A stretch of 64,000 bases of DNA from an uncultured Gemmatimonadaceae bacterium (GTDB lineage Bacteria > Gemmatimonadota > Gemmatimonadetes > Gemmatimonadales > Gemmatimonadaceae). Below are positions 10,972 to 21,251 of this stretch, piece by piece (position 1 is the first letter of the stretch; each line of letters begins with the position of its first letter). The notes beneath the pieces were generated by a model that made no database searches, was not told the DNA's origin, and saw nothing but the letters and a program-made list of their open reading frames with translations. The DNA lies in the NCBI GenBank assembly GCA_963740355.1, contig CAVUDW010000003.1, forward strand, positions 2,240,001 through 2,304,000, given 5' to 3'. The translations under genes were made by a program, and so were the position numbers.

Positions 10972-11828
10972 GTTCGAGTTCACTGGTGTGGCGTTGGGTG
11001 GGCATCGCAGCGACCGTCATCGTCCTCGGTGCCGTGGCACTGGTGGTACGGATGTCGGGCCGCAATCGCCTGCGATTCGAATACGCCACCGGTTCGCTTG
11101 GCGCCGATGCCTACGCTGCGCTCGCCGCGCATTCCGGCTGGAAGCAGTGGACCGCTGCGGTTGGTGATGGCGTGATGTTGAATGGCCTCGTGCGACGCCC
11201 TGTCGCCCCCGACGCACCGTGGATCCTGTTCTTCCCTGGCAACGATGCCACGCAACTGGCGACCGGCCAGCGCGCCATCGAGCAAATCATCGGCACCGAG
11301 GACTGGGGTGCCGCCGTCATTTCCTATCGCGGTTTCGATGGATCGGGCGGCGTACCGGAAGTGGAAGCCCTTCGTCGCGACGGCAATGCCGTCCTGGCCT
11401 CGTTGCTGGCGTCGGAGCAGCTCAATCCGAAGCGCGTCCACCTGGTAGCGTTTTCGATTGGCGGCCATATCGCCTCCTTCGTGGCGGCAGAGCAGGGACG
11501 CCGCGGCCTGCCGCTCGCCTCGCTCTCACTGTTGGCGAGTGTCGATGACATCGTGATGCTGCGACACTCGCCATTCGTGGGATTCTCCGCCGGCGATGCC
11601 TATCAGACCCGTCCCCTGCTCCGCGACATTCCCGCACCGGTGTTGGTGGTCCAGGGTGCGAACGATGAGGCGCTCGGTGGGCCAGGCCAGGGCCGCGCCA
11701 TCGCGGCCGCGCTGGGCAAGCGTGCCGAGTACATCGAGCTCCCTGGCGTCGGCCACGCCGCGCTGTTGTCGAACGAGATCGCGCTGATGCGCGTGCACAA
11801 CTTCATCGCCGCGCGTCAGTTGCGCTGA
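10968..11828 (+). CDS. Membrane-anchored alpha/beta hydrolase
   Basis: N-terminal TM helix, SYRGFDGS, nucleophile elbow AFSIGG, GANDE and GVGH. Confidence 0.82.
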   Translation: MSSSSLVWRWVGIAATVIVLGAVALVVRMSGRNRLRFEYATGSLGADAYAALAAHSGWKQWTAAVGDGVMLNGLVRRPVAPDAPWILFFPGNDATQLATGQRAIEQIIGTEDWGAAVISYRGFDGSGGVPEVEALRRDGNAVLASLLASEQLNPKRVHLVAFSIGGHIASFVAAEQGRRGLPLASLSLLASVDDIVMLRHSPFVGFSAGDAYQTRPLLRDIPAPVLVVQGANDEALGGPGQGRAIAAALGKRAEYIELPGVGHAALLSNEIALMRVHNFIAARQLR

Positions 11829-11863
11829 CCACGAGCGACTCGGCTCGTCAATGCGCCGCGTCG

Positions 11864-12775
11864 CTACTTCGTCAGCTGGGCTGTCAGCTGTTGCAGCGCC
11901 ACTTTCCACGCCAGCGGCTGCCCCGGCAGCTCGTCGCGTCGACGCGTCCGGATCTCCGTCAGGTCATCGTCGCGCAGGAGCTCCTCTGCACCAACGGCGC
12001 TGACCAGCAGGCGTGTGCGCTTGGCATACAGCCCTTCGGCACCGATGCGAATGGCCTTGCCGTCGCGACCAACCAACGCGCCGGTGATCTGCACCACGGC
12101 CACCGGTGTCTCGAGCGACGTGAGCCACGGCAGTTCAACCGTGTTGTTCGTGCCCAGCTCCACCTGCTTGCGCCCAAGGATCCCACGCTGCTTCGGCAGG
12201 TAGTTGCCGAGTTCCAGCGTGAACACCAGAGCCGTCGAAACGTTGTTGGCGGCCATCGTCGTACCCGCCCACTCGATCCATGCCGCGGATGGTCGGCCCA
12301 CCGAGAGGTGCATCCGCTGGTCACCACGACCGAGCGCACTGTCGCCTCGGGCGATGCAGTCCTCACCCGGCAGGTTGCCCTCCGTCCGACAGCCGAAGCG
12401 CACGTCAGGTGGGATCCCCAGCGACGTCGGCGCAACCGCACTGACCCGCGACCCGTCGATGAGGCGAATGGTGACGTCGCCGGACGCCGTACGAAGCGAA
12501 TCGAGATAGGTGTTCATCTCGAGCAGCAGCTTCGCGATCGGCGTATCCGGCCCCCAGCGCGGGTCGAACATCGCGGGCTGGGACGCGCCGGGCTGGTATT
12601 GGATCGGCAGGATGCCGATGCGCGCACCAGCCGCTGCCGGCGGAACGACGCGAGCCCCGGCGTAATACGGCGGCTGTTTCGGGAACGCGTCGCCGACGCC
12701 ACTGCCGAAGGTGGCGCCAGTGGTGGCACAGCCGGTGCTGAGCAACAAGACCGCGGGAAGAATGCGAGCAAACAT
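11864..12775 (-). CDS. Hypothetical lipoprotein
   Basis: Signal peptide and lipobox MFARILPAVLLLSTGC. Confidence 0.7.
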   Translation of the reverse strand: MFARILPAVLLLSTGCATTGATFGSGVGDAFPKQPPYYAGARVVPPAAAGARIGILPIQYQPGASQPAMFDPRWGPDTPIAKLLLEMNTYLDSLRTASGDVTIRLIDGSRVSAVAPTSLGIPPDVRFGCRTEGNLPGEDCIARGDSALGRGDQRMHLSVGRPSAAWIEWAGTTMAANNVSTALVFTLELGNYLPKQRGILGRKQVELGTNNTVELPWLTSLETPVAVVQITGALVGRDGKAIRIGAEGLYAKRTRLLVSAVGAEELLRDDDLTEIRTRRRDELPGQPLAWKVALQQLTAQLTK

Positions 12776-12851
12776 GGATGATTTTCCGACAAATGTTGGT
12801 TTCGACGAACCGTGACGCATCAAGCGTCGGTCGCGCTGCTTAGGGCCGCGA

Positions 12852-15815
12852 TTAAACCGCCGAGCCAGAGCGCACACGATCGATGAGCATCGCCGTGTCA
12901 CGCTCCGGCTCAGCCTCCATCTCTCGCGCCAGCTCGTCCTTGAATCGCTCGAACTGCCGCAACGCATCTGCGCGCCGACCATCGCGCACCAATGCCACCA
13001 TCAGCTGTCGCACTGCGGGTTCGTTGAGCGAGTCCGCGTCAAGGACACTGCGCCAGGCATCGACGGCCGCTGCGTGATCCCCTGCTGCAGTGTGCAATTC
13101 GGCGAGGGCCGCGATGGCATCCGAATACAGGCGAGCGAGGCGGTCGCGCGTCGCGAGATGCCAATCCCCGACCGATTCCTCATCGAGAAATCCACCGCGG
13201 TAGAGCGCACGTGCCTGCTCCAGCTCGCGCCTGGCCGCTTCGTGATCGCCAGCGGCCTTGATGCGTTTCAGTGCGCGCTGCGCCAGCTCCTCGAACTGCA
13301 TGGCATCGAACTCCACACCAGCGTCGAAGTCCACACGATATCGATCACGCTCATACCGAATCACGTCCGCACGCCCGATGGCCTTGCGCAGGTGATGGAG
13401 CGTGACGTGAAAGTTGTTCTTCACCTGCGCGGCAGAGACATCGGGCCAGAACTCCAGTCCGATCTGCTCACGCGTCCGACCCTCGCGATGCGCAAGCAGG
13501 TACAGGAGGAGCTCACGCGGGCGGGCGTAGCTCCACGCGTCCGTCGACAGCAGCACTCCAGTGCGCAGAATTTCCAGCGGTCCCAATGCGCGAACGACGA
13601 GGTGCGGCGTGGCTGCGGCAGGCGCGGGTAGCTCTCCTGTACGCCGCTCGTCCGAGGGCGCAGCCAGGTCGGACCGCGCGCCCGATTCGGCACCATCCGA
13701 CGCATCATCCAACGCACCGTTCAACGCACGGCCTGACGCACCGTCAGACACATCATCCAACGGGCCATCCAGACCAAGCAACGTGGCGTCGGCAAGGGAC
13801 AGCGCGCGACCGGCATCCCACGCCGCGGCGAACGCCTCGGCGGACATGAGCACGCGCAACTGCTGCGGGCCCTCGTTCACTGACTTCCGCTCCTGCGTCA
13901 GTGAGCGCGCACCGATCGCCTCGTACAGCGCATCCGCCGCACCGTAGAGCGTCGCCGCGCGCGCATGGTCCCCTCTCTGCAGCGAGATGGCACCGAGGAT
14001 GCGCAAGCTGCGACCGGCGAGCCATCGGTTTTCGACCTCTGGAGTTCCGCGCAATGACGCGCGCGCGAGCGACGTGGCCGCCGCCGTATCGCCAAGCTGC
14101 AAGGCGGTGAAGGCGCGCGCATCGAGCACGTAGGCGGTACCGATGTCGTACCCAACGCTCCGGTACGTGCGCTCGGCCTCACGCAACAGCGCTGCGGCTC
14201 GAGCCCACTGCTCTTCCCACAGCAGCACCGGCACCATCGCGTGTGCCACAGCCAGGGCCGCGTGCCACGGATCCGGCACCTCGCGTGCGACAGCGACTGC
14301 CGTCTCGGCGTGCGTACGCGCATCCACAGGGTCGCGACGCAGGCTCGCCTCGATCGTGCGCACGACCAACGTGAAGCCGAGCCACTGTCTGTTGCCCACC
14401 TGCCGCCAAATCGCATCAGCCTCCGTCAGGCGGTCGCGGCTCTGCGGATCGGCGACATAGAGCCCGTACAACCCAAGGCCGTGAAGGGCGGCAGCGCGTA
14501 GTTCGGGCGGCGGTGCCACAGCCCCAGCAAGCGCTGACTCGAAGTGCCGGTAGCCTTCGCGCCACAGCTGCCGGTGAAACCAGTACCACATCAGCGCCCA
14601 ACACAGCGGGAGTCCGTACCGCGAACCCTCATGACTCGCGTGACTCCACTCGAGCGCCGCAATCATGTTGTCATGCTCGATGTCCATCTGTCGCAATCGG
14701 TTCGCTCGACCCAGCAACAATTCTGGCTCCGCCTCACGCGCCTGCGCGAGGAAGTAGCTCGCGTGCTGCGCCTCGATCGGTGTCGAGTCGAGCCGTTCAC
14801 TGCGCCGGGCCTGCGCGTACTCGCGAATGGTCTCGAGGAGGCGATAGCGCGCGCGCCCCTGCTCTTCCTGCATCGCGACCAGCGACCGCGTCGTAAGTGC
14901 TGCCAGCAGGTCCAGCACGTCTGCCCCTGGAATCGCGCCGCCCGCGCAGACCTGCTCGGCCGCATCGAGCGTGAATCCACTGGCGAAGATCGAGAGCCGC
15001 TCGAGGAGCAGGCGCTCCGTCTCCGAGAGCATGCTATACGACCAGTCCACCGCCGCCCGCAGCGTGCGATGCCGTGGCAGTGTGGTGCGATGACCGCTCA
15101 CGAGCAGGCTGAATCGATCGCCAAGCCGTTCCGCGATCTGCTGCGGCGTCAGCACATTGGCGCGTGCCGCGGCCAGTTCGATGGCCAGTGGCAGGCCATC
15201 CAGCCGACGACAGATCTGGATGACGGGCGCCACCTGCGTGGCCGTCAACGTGAAGGACGGAACGACGTCCTGCGCCCGCTCGACGAAGAGCCGGACCGCC
15301 TCGGACGCCATCGCGTCTGCCGGCGTTGGAACTTCGTCACCAGGTGGAAGCGAGAGCGCTGGCACCAACCACGACCGCTCACCGGCGACCCCCAGTGCCT
15401 CGCGACTCGTCGCCAGCACACGCAGCGCATCACACCCCTGCAGCAGGAGGTCGACGACTCGGGCGCACTCCTCGACCACATGCTCGCAGTTGTCCAACAC
15501 CAGCAACAGCGTGCGATCACGCAGTGCCGCAACCAGCGCGCGCTCGGCAGACGCACCTCCCTCCGCACGTACGCCGAGTGCGAGGGAGAGATGCGCGGTG
15601 AGGGAGCTGGCATCACTCAGCGAGGCCAATTCGACCCACAGGACTTCGATGCCATCACGCTCTACGATTTCCGAGACGGCGGCCAGCGCCAGCCGCGTCT
15701 TGCCGCTGCCACCGGCACCGGTGAGGGTCAGCAGACGTGATAACGGAAGCAGGCGGCGCAGCGCCGCGAGCTCATTCTCGCGTCCGACGAATCCTGTGAG
15801 TTGGACAGGAAGCAT
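12852..15815 (-). CDS. STAND/NB-ARC ATPase with TPR region and C-terminal wHTH-BTAD transcriptional regulator
   Basis: FVGRE, Walker A GAGGSGKTRL, Walker B LLVLDNCEH, GLPLAIELAA. C-terminal LVVRALGPLEI...ALYRGGFL...EPERDT matches SARP wHTH+BTAD. Confidence 0.9.
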   Translation of the reverse strand: MLPVQLTGFVGRENELAALRRLLPLSRLLTLTGAGGSGKTRLALAAVSEIVERDGIEVLWVELASLSDASSLTAHLSLALGVRAEGGASAERALVAALRDRTLLLVLDNCEHVVEECARVVDLLLQGCDALRVLATSREALGVAGERSWLVPALSLPPGDEVPTPADAMASEAVRLFVERAQDVVPSFTLTATQVAPVIQICRRLDGLPLAIELAAARANVLTPQQIAERLGDRFSLLVSGHRTTLPRHRTLRAAVDWSYSMLSETERLLLERLSIFASGFTLDAAEQVCAGGAIPGADVLDLLAALTTRSLVAMQEEQGRARYRLLETIREYAQARRSERLDSTPIEAQHASYFLAQAREAEPELLLGRANRLRQMDIEHDNMIAALEWSHASHEGSRYGLPLCWALMWYWFHRQLWREGYRHFESALAGAVAPPPELRAAALHGLGLYGLYVADPQSRDRLTEADAIWRQVGNRQWLGFTLVVRTIEASLRRDPVDARTHAETAVAVAREVPDPWHAALAVAHAMVPVLLWEEQWARAAALLREAERTYRSVGYDIGTAYVLDARAFTALQLGDTAAATSLARASLRGTPEVENRWLAGRSLRILGAISLQRGDHARAATLYGAADALYEAIGARSLTQERKSVNEGPQQLRVLMSAEAFAAAWDAGRALSLADATLLGLDGPLDDVSDGASGRALNGALDDASDGAESGARSDLAAPSDERRTGELPAPAAATPHLVVRALGPLEILRTGVLLSTDAWSYARPRELLLYLLAHREGRTREQIGLEFWPDVSAAQVKNNFHVTLHHLRKAIGRADVIRYERDRYRVDFDAGVEFDAMQFEELAQRALKRIKAAGDHEAARRELEQARALYRGGFLDEESVGDWHLATRDRLARLYSDAIAALAELHTAAGDHAAAVDAWRSVLDADSLNEPAVRQLMVALVRDGRRADALRQFERFKDELAREMEAEPERDTAMLIDRVRSGSAV

Positions 15816-15876
15816 CGCAGTTCTGGTCGGCGTGACGGTGAAGATCGACAGATGGTCTCATCGGCAGCGCCGGGTG

Positions 15877-16389
15877 TCAACCGTCGGCGGTCGCAGGGTC
15901 GGAGAGCGGGTAATGTGACAGGAACGGCCCCACCGTTCCCCACTCCGCAGTGTCGATGAATACGACGCCCGACGCATGGGTCGAATCACCCAGCGGCGCG
16001 ATTGGGCCACCGCTCTGCAGGCGTGCTCCGACGCATACGACCACACCGAGACGGGCGTCGCGCAACGAGACGAATCGCGCCAGTTCCTCCCCGAACGCCG
16101 CCGAAGCCACGACATGTGCGCGAGTGATACCCACGCCGTCGAGAAAGCCCGACAACCATCGGGAGAAGGCGGATTCTGGTTCCACGCCACAAGCGGCCAG
16201 CGCAGTGAGCGAGAGCTGTTCGGGAACGAAGACGCGAAACCCCGATCCCGTGAGCGCCGCGATCGCCGCGTCGGCCTCGATGCCCGACCAATCCAGACCG
16301 AGGAGCACGACCGACGGGCCATGTCCGGCCCGTCGGTAGCTGGTCTCCACATTCCCCGCCGACGCGATCGCCCGCATCGGCGTGGTCAT
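15877..16389 (-). CDS. Truncated or degenerate alpha/beta-hydrolase-like protein
   Basis: SYRRAGHGPSVVLL and FLDGVGITRAHVVA resemble a hydrolase N-terminal half, but there is no GxSxG. ATGA overlap with the upstream gene. Confidence 0.55.
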   Translation of the reverse strand: MTTPMRAIASAGNVETSYRRAGHGPSVVLLGLDWSGIEADAAIAALTGSGFRVFVPEQLSLTALAACGVEPESAFSRWLSGFLDGVGITRAHVVASAAFGEELARFVSLRDARLGVVVCVGARLQSGGPIAPLGDSTHASGVVFIDTAEWGTVGPFLSHYPLSDPATADG

Positions 16390-17894
16390 GGCGCGCGAAG
16401 CCAGGTCGGATTCGCCTTCGCGTTCCCGGTCGACGTCCGCCGCGTCATCCCGGAACCATCCGCGCGGACCACGTAGATCTGCTCGAAGTAGTTCATGTTC
16501 GCGTCCGGCTCATGCTTCGACGTGAACGCGACGAACCGGCCGTCCGGCGACCAGGCTGGGCTCAACTGCTCTCCGGCGAGCGTCACGGGCAGCAAGGCAT
16601 GCTCATCGCCGGTGATGCGGTTGAACACCCACAACTCACCGTCCAGCGTGCCGCCGCTCCGCGTGTACAGCAGGCGCGTACCATCAGGTGACCAGGTCGG
16701 CTCGCGATCGACATACTCGCGCTTTTCCGTGAACGACACACGGTTCGTCCCCGTCGCACGAATCGACTCGATGTTCGAGTAGAGGTATCCGTTCACCAGC
16801 TCCTCTTCGACGTACATGATCCGCCAGTGGCCCATTTCAGCGTTCGGCGACCAGGATGGCTGACTTTGCGGAAGCGCATCCGCCGTGACATTGCGCTGCC
16901 CGGTGCCGTCCGGCCGCATCACCCAGATATCAGCGGGGTTGAACGGTCCCGGGGGACCACCTTGGTTCCAGCGGCGGAACGCGATCGAGGTGCCATCCGG
17001 ACTCCACGCGGGCTGGTCCTCATACATCGTCGTCTCCGACGTCAGCGCCCGGAGCCCCGCGCCGTAGCGATCAGCGACACAGATCGCCGGCCCGTTTTCG
17101 TTGCAGGTGAACGCGATCTGCGAGCCATCAGGAGACACGCTCGCTTCCCAGGTGCCAGCCGTGCCGAACAGCGACACCGGTGACGCCGAGGGCACGCGTG
17201 GGTCGATCTGGAAGATCCGTGGCAGTGGCTCAGCCGCGTACATGTCGAAGAGCAAGTCGCCGGCATACGGCGGCGTGACGGTGATCGACGACGTGGCAAC
17301 CAGTGCCGCGTGATTGGCGACGATGCGCGTCGACCCCTCGCTCACCGCCGTCACTTCGCCATCCGCCGACACGGTGGCAATCGCCGGATTCTCCGACGAC
17401 CAGGCGATGAACCGGCCGGGGAGTTCAGTCCCTGTCGCATCGCGCACCACCGCCCGCAGCGTCACCCGCTCGCCTTCCTTCCGGGTGAACTGCACGATGT
17501 CGAGTTGAAGCGTGGCAGCGGCAATCGGTGAGATGAGCAACCGCACCTGGGCGGACACTCCCTCGCTGGTGGCGCGCAGGGTGACCGCCCCCTCGAGGTG
17601 CGCGGTCACAGTGCCATCATTGAGGATGCTCGCCAGCGACGGGTCATCCGAGACCCAGCTGACGGGCCGATCGGTCAACGGCGCGCCGGTTGCGGACACC
17701 GGCGTCGCGCTGAGTCGAAGCGACTGCCCGACGGTGAGCGTCGGCTGCGTCGGCATGAGGCGGACGGCAGCCACCGCCACGACCTCGACGGCGGTCGTAT
17801 CGTTACAGCCGAGTGGGGAGAGGAGCAGCCCCGCAAACAGCGAGAGCCGCTGCAACGAGCGGAATTTTCGAGGCATGGAGACCTTCACGTGCAA
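16386..17894 (-). CDS. Lipoprotein with two Ig-like (Big_2) domains and a TolB/PD40 beta-propeller
   Basis: Lipobox-like PLGC. Ig repeats WVSDDPSLASI and WSSENPAIATV. Repeated P-x-WSPDG motifs. Start uncertain by a few codons. Confidence 0.85.
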   Translation of the reverse strand: MHVKVSMPRKFRSLQRLSLFAGLLLSPLGCNDTTAVEVVAVAAVRLMPTQPTLTVGQSLRLSATPVSATGAPLTDRPVSWVSDDPSLASILNDGTVTAHLEGAVTLRATSEGVSAQVRLLISPIAAATLQLDIVQFTRKEGERVTLRAVVRDATGTELPGRFIAWSSENPAIATVSADGEVTAVSEGSTRIVANHAALVATSSITVTPPYAGDLLFDMYAAEPLPRIFQIDPRVPSASPVSLFGTAGTWEASVSPDGSQIAFTCNENGPAICVADRYGAGLRALTSETTMYEDQPAWSPDGTSIAFRRWNQGGPPGPFNPADIWVMRPDGTGQRNVTADALPQSQPSWSPNAEMGHWRIMYVEEELVNGYLYSNIESIRATGTNRVSFTEKREYVDREPTWSPDGTRLLYTRSGGTLDGELWVFNRITGDEHALLPVTLAGEQLSPAWSPDGRFVAFTSKHEPDANMNYFEQIYVVRADGSGMTRRTSTGNAKANPTWLRAP

Positions 17895-17957
17895 AGGGTG
17901 ACAGTGCTCGACCGCGACCGTTCGTCGGTCGGCACACTGACAACCTCTGCCCCGTCA

Positions 17958-17997
17958 CTTAAGGCTCCGCTTAAGCGCCCCGCCCGGCCCGCTTAAC
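17958..17997. promoter_or_regulatory. Phased CTTAA(G/C) direct repeats, candidate regulator binding site
   Basis: CTTAAG at 17958 and 17970, CTTAAC at 17992 (spacings 12 and 22 nt), upstream of the Ig/TolB-STAND cluster. Confidence 0.4.
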
Positions 17998-18029
17998 CCT
18001 GCGTCGCGACGGTAGCTCCCCCCGCCCGA

Positions 18030-19472
18030 TCAGCCTCGCCGCAGCCGCAACGCCCATTCGTATACGCCGACATACGCCTTGGCCGCGTGCGTCCACGAGT
18101 TGTCCTCGCGCATGCCACGGTCCCTCAGCAACGCCCAGCTCTTCTTGTCGGCGTAGGCCAGCAGCGCACGCTCCATCGCCTCGATGAAGTGACGGGCCTC
18201 GTATTGATGAAAGACGAACCCGTTCCCCGACCACCCTTCGCGCACGGTGTCATTCAGGCCACCGGTCGCACGGACGATCGGCACGCTGCCGTACCGCAGC
18301 GCGATCATCTGCCCAAGGCCACACGGCTCGAAGCGCGACGGCATGAGGAAGGCATCGCTACCCGCGTAGATGCGCTGGGCGAGTCCGGCGTTGAAGCCGA
18401 ACCACACGGAGATGCGACCAGGATGTGCAGCCATGTGCCGCTCCATCGCCGCCTGCAGGTGGGGCTGGCCCGAGCCGAGGATCACGAGCTGCGCCTTGGT
18501 CTGCAGCATGAGCCAAGGGATCGACGCATCCAGCAGGTCGAGCCCCTTCTGCTCCACGAGGCGTGACACGATCCCGAACACCGGCACATCCGGATCGACG
18601 GTCAGCCCCAATTCCTTCTGCAGCGCCGCCTTGCACACCGCCTTGCCTGCCATGTCATCAGCGCTGAAGGTCTGCGGCAGGTGCGCGTCGTTCGATGGAT
18701 CGAAGGCACCAGTGTCGATGCCATTGAGAATCCCCGTCACCCGTTCGCGTCGCGCTCGCAGCACACCGTCGAGCCGTTCGCCGTATTCGCCGGTCATGAT
18801 CTCCTGCGCATACGTCGGGCTGACCGTCGTCACGACGTCGCTGTAGATGATGCCACGGGCCATGAAGTTGAACGTGCCGCCGATCCCCTGACCAAGGCCG
18901 TTCTCGATCAACCCACGTTCGTTCAGCCCAGCCACGCCGAGCGACTCGGGGCTGAACTGGCCCTGATACGCGAGGTTGTGAATCGTGAACACGGTCGCGA
19001 TGTGGCCGAACGTGTACTCGTAGTAAGTCCGCAGATAGTTGGCGACCAGTGCGGCATGCCAGTCATGGCTGTGCACGACGTCGGGCTGCCACTTCTCCAC
19101 CTCGCGCAGGTGCTGCATCAGGGCCAGCACACCGCGCGCGAACAGCACGAAGCGCCGATCGTCGTCGCGATCACCGTAGATGCTGCCACGCTCGAAGGCG
19201 GCCGGGATGTCGAGCAGGTAGGTCGGCACCGCACTGTCCACCACGCGCCAGATCCGCAGTTCCTCGGCGCGCTCGCCGAGTGGCAGGAAGGTGGCCGCGA
19301 TCGGGCCCTCCACGGCGATCCCCTTCTCTCGCAGCTGCCGGTAGTACGGCATCACGACGCGGACGTCGTGGTCGATCTCACGCAAGCTCCACGGCAACGC
19401 GCCGGCGACGTCGGCGAGCCCGCCGGTCTTGATATGGGGGGCCGCTTCGGCGGCGACAAACAGGACGTTCAT
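18030..19472 (-). CDS. glgA: Glycogen synthase
   Basis: Motifs KTGGLADV, HSHDWH, FTIHNLAYQG and MPSRFEPCGL. Confidence 0.96.
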   Translation of the reverse strand: MNVLFVAAEAAPHIKTGGLADVAGALPWSLREIDHDVRVVMPYYRQLREKGIAVEGPIAATFLPLGERAEELRIWRVVDSAVPTYLLDIPAAFERGSIYGDRDDDRRFVLFARGVLALMQHLREVEKWQPDVVHSHDWHAALVANYLRTYYEYTFGHIATVFTIHNLAYQGQFSPESLGVAGLNERGLIENGLGQGIGGTFNFMARGIIYSDVVTTVSPTYAQEIMTGEYGERLDGVLRARRERVTGILNGIDTGAFDPSNDAHLPQTFSADDMAGKAVCKAALQKELGLTVDPDVPVFGIVSRLVEQKGLDLLDASIPWLMLQTKAQLVILGSGQPHLQAAMERHMAAHPGRISVWFGFNAGLAQRIYAGSDAFLMPSRFEPCGLGQMIALRYGSVPIVRATGGLNDTVREGWSGNGFVFHQYEARHFIEAMERALLAYADKKSWALLRDRGMREDNSWTHAAKAYVGVYEWALRLRRG

Positions 19473-19685
19473 GCGCTGACGTATTGAAGTGAGCCGGGGG
19501 CGAGCATGGGCACGGCCGCCGAGCAGGTCGGCCTGCGGGGCAAATGTACCGTGGGGACAGGTTTTCGGATCGACGCAGGTAACCCTTGAAACGGCCCTGT
19601 CCGGTCCCCTTTCGCCGGGGTGGGCCCGCGGCCAATATCACGCACCTCCGGTTCCTGCCCTTTCCGCTTGCGAGCGCCCCCTGTC

Positions 19686-20954
19686 ATGATGTCTTCGCAC
19701 CGCTCCGGCACCATCGCACGTACCGCCATGGCCTACGTGCTTGCCGGTGGTCGTGGATCGCGCCTCTTCGAACTCACCGATCGCCGTGCCAAGCCTGCCG
19801 TGTACTTCGGCGGCAAGACGCGCATCATCGACTTTGCGCTCTCGAACGCGCTCAACTCCGGCATTCGACGCATCGGTGTCGCGACGCAGTACAAGGCGCA
19901 CAGCCTCATCCGACACCTGCAACGCGGCTGGAACTTCCTGCGCCCAGAACGCAACGAAAGTTTCGACATCCTGCCGGCCAGCCAGCGTGTGTCAGAAACG
20001 CAATGGTATGACGGGACGGCCGACGCGGTGTTCCAGAACATCGACATCATCGAGGCCTACGGACCGGAGTACATGGTGATCCTGGCTGGCGATCACATCT
20101 ACAAGATGGACTACGAGCTGATGCTGCAGCAGCACGTGGACCAGGGCGCGGATGTCACGATCGGCTGCCTCGAGGTGCCGCGCATGGAAGCCACCGGCTT
20201 TGGTGTGATGCATGTCGATGACACCGATCGCATCGTCACCTTCCTCGAGAAGCCGGCGGATCCACCGGGCATTCCCGGCAATCCGGACATGGCGCTGGCC
20301 AGCATGGGCATCTACGTCTTCAAGACGGAGTTCCTGTTCGAGTTGCTGCGCCGTGACGCGGCCGATCCCGAATCGAGCCGCGATTTCGGCAAGGACATCA
20401 TCCCGTACGTGGTCGCCAACGGCAAGGCGGTGGCGCATCGCTTCAGCACGTCGTGTGTGAAGTCGGAAACCGAGAGCGAAGCCTACTGGCGCGACGCAGG
20501 CACCATCGATTCGTACTGGGAGGCGAACATCGACCTCACCAGCGTGGTGCCGTCGCTCGACCTGTACGAGCAGAGCTGGCCGATCTGGACGTACGCCGAA
20601 CTCACCGCCTCGGCCAAGTTCGTGCACAACGAGGATGGTCGTCGCGGCCTGGCGCTGAATTCACTGGTGGCCGGTGGCTGCATCGTGTCGGGCGCACGGG
20701 TGCACAAGTCGCTGTTGTTCACCGGCGTGAAGGTGCATTCCTATGCCTATCTCGACGGGGCCGTGGTGCAGCCGTACGTGGACATCGGCCGATCCGCGCG
20801 CCTCAGCAACGTGGTGATCGATCGCGGCGTGGTGATTCCGGCGGGCCTGGTGGTGGGAGAAGATCCCGCGCTCGACGCGAAGCGGTTCCGGCGCAGTGAA
20901 AAGGGAATCTGCCTCATCACGCAGCCGATGATCGACAAGCTACTGGGGAAGTAA
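19686..20954 (+). CDS. glgC: Glucose-1-phosphate adenylyltransferase
   Basis: Motifs [30 protein letters not shown] and ASMGIYVF. Confidence 0.97.
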   Translation: MMSSHRSGTIARTAMAYVLAGGRGSRLFELTDRRAKPAVYFGGKTRIIDFALSNALNSGIRRIGVATQYKAHSLIRHLQRGWNFLRPERNESFDILPASQRVSETQWYDGTADAVFQNIDIIEAYGPEYMVILAGDHIYKMDYELMLQQHVDQGADVTIGCLEVPRMEATGFGVMHVDDTDRIVTFLEKPADPPGIPGNPDMALASMGIYVFKTEFLFELLRRDAADPESSRDFGKDIIPYVVANGKAVAHRFSTSCVKSETESEAYWRDAGTIDSYWEANIDLTSVVPSLDLYEQSWPIWTYAELTASAKFVHNEDGRRGLALNSLVAGGCIVSGARVHKSLLFTGVKVHSYAYLDGAVVQPYVDIGRSARLSNVVIDRGVVIPAGLVVGEDPALDAKRFRRSEKGICLITQPMIDKLLGK

Positions 20955-21029
20955 CCGGATTCGTTCGCGCTGCGCTGACACCCGATGTGGCTGGTCTAGC
21001 CGCGTCGGGTGTTTCGCTATATTCCAAGC

Positions 21030-21251
21030 ATGGCAGATCGAGAGGTTGCGCCGCCAAGCGCGAGAATCCTTCCGGTGAAAGTCTTTCGCCTCGGTCACGA
21101 GCCAGGCGACGACCTATCGGCGTCGTCGACGGCGGAAGAAAGGGTCGCCATGGTTGCCGTCCTCTCGGCCCGCATGTGGGAGCTTGCTGGGTACGGGTTG
21201 CCGCCTTACTCACGGGATTCCATGCCCGTGCGCGTCCTGCGCCGGCGATGA
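21030..21251 (+). CDS. Small hypothetical protein (possible antitoxin or partner)
   Basis: 73-aa ORF (MADREVAPP...) whose stop overlaps the next start (ATGA). Confidence 0.6.
   Translation: MADREVAPPSARILPVKVFRLGHEPGDDLSASSTAEERVAMVAVLSARMWELAGYGLPPYSRDSMPVRVLRRR

Noticed and set aside
13690..13765. Short periodic repeats within the STAND gene (LDDVSDGA / LDDASDGA)
   Set aside because: This is a low-complexity interdomain linker with no evidence of a separate function.
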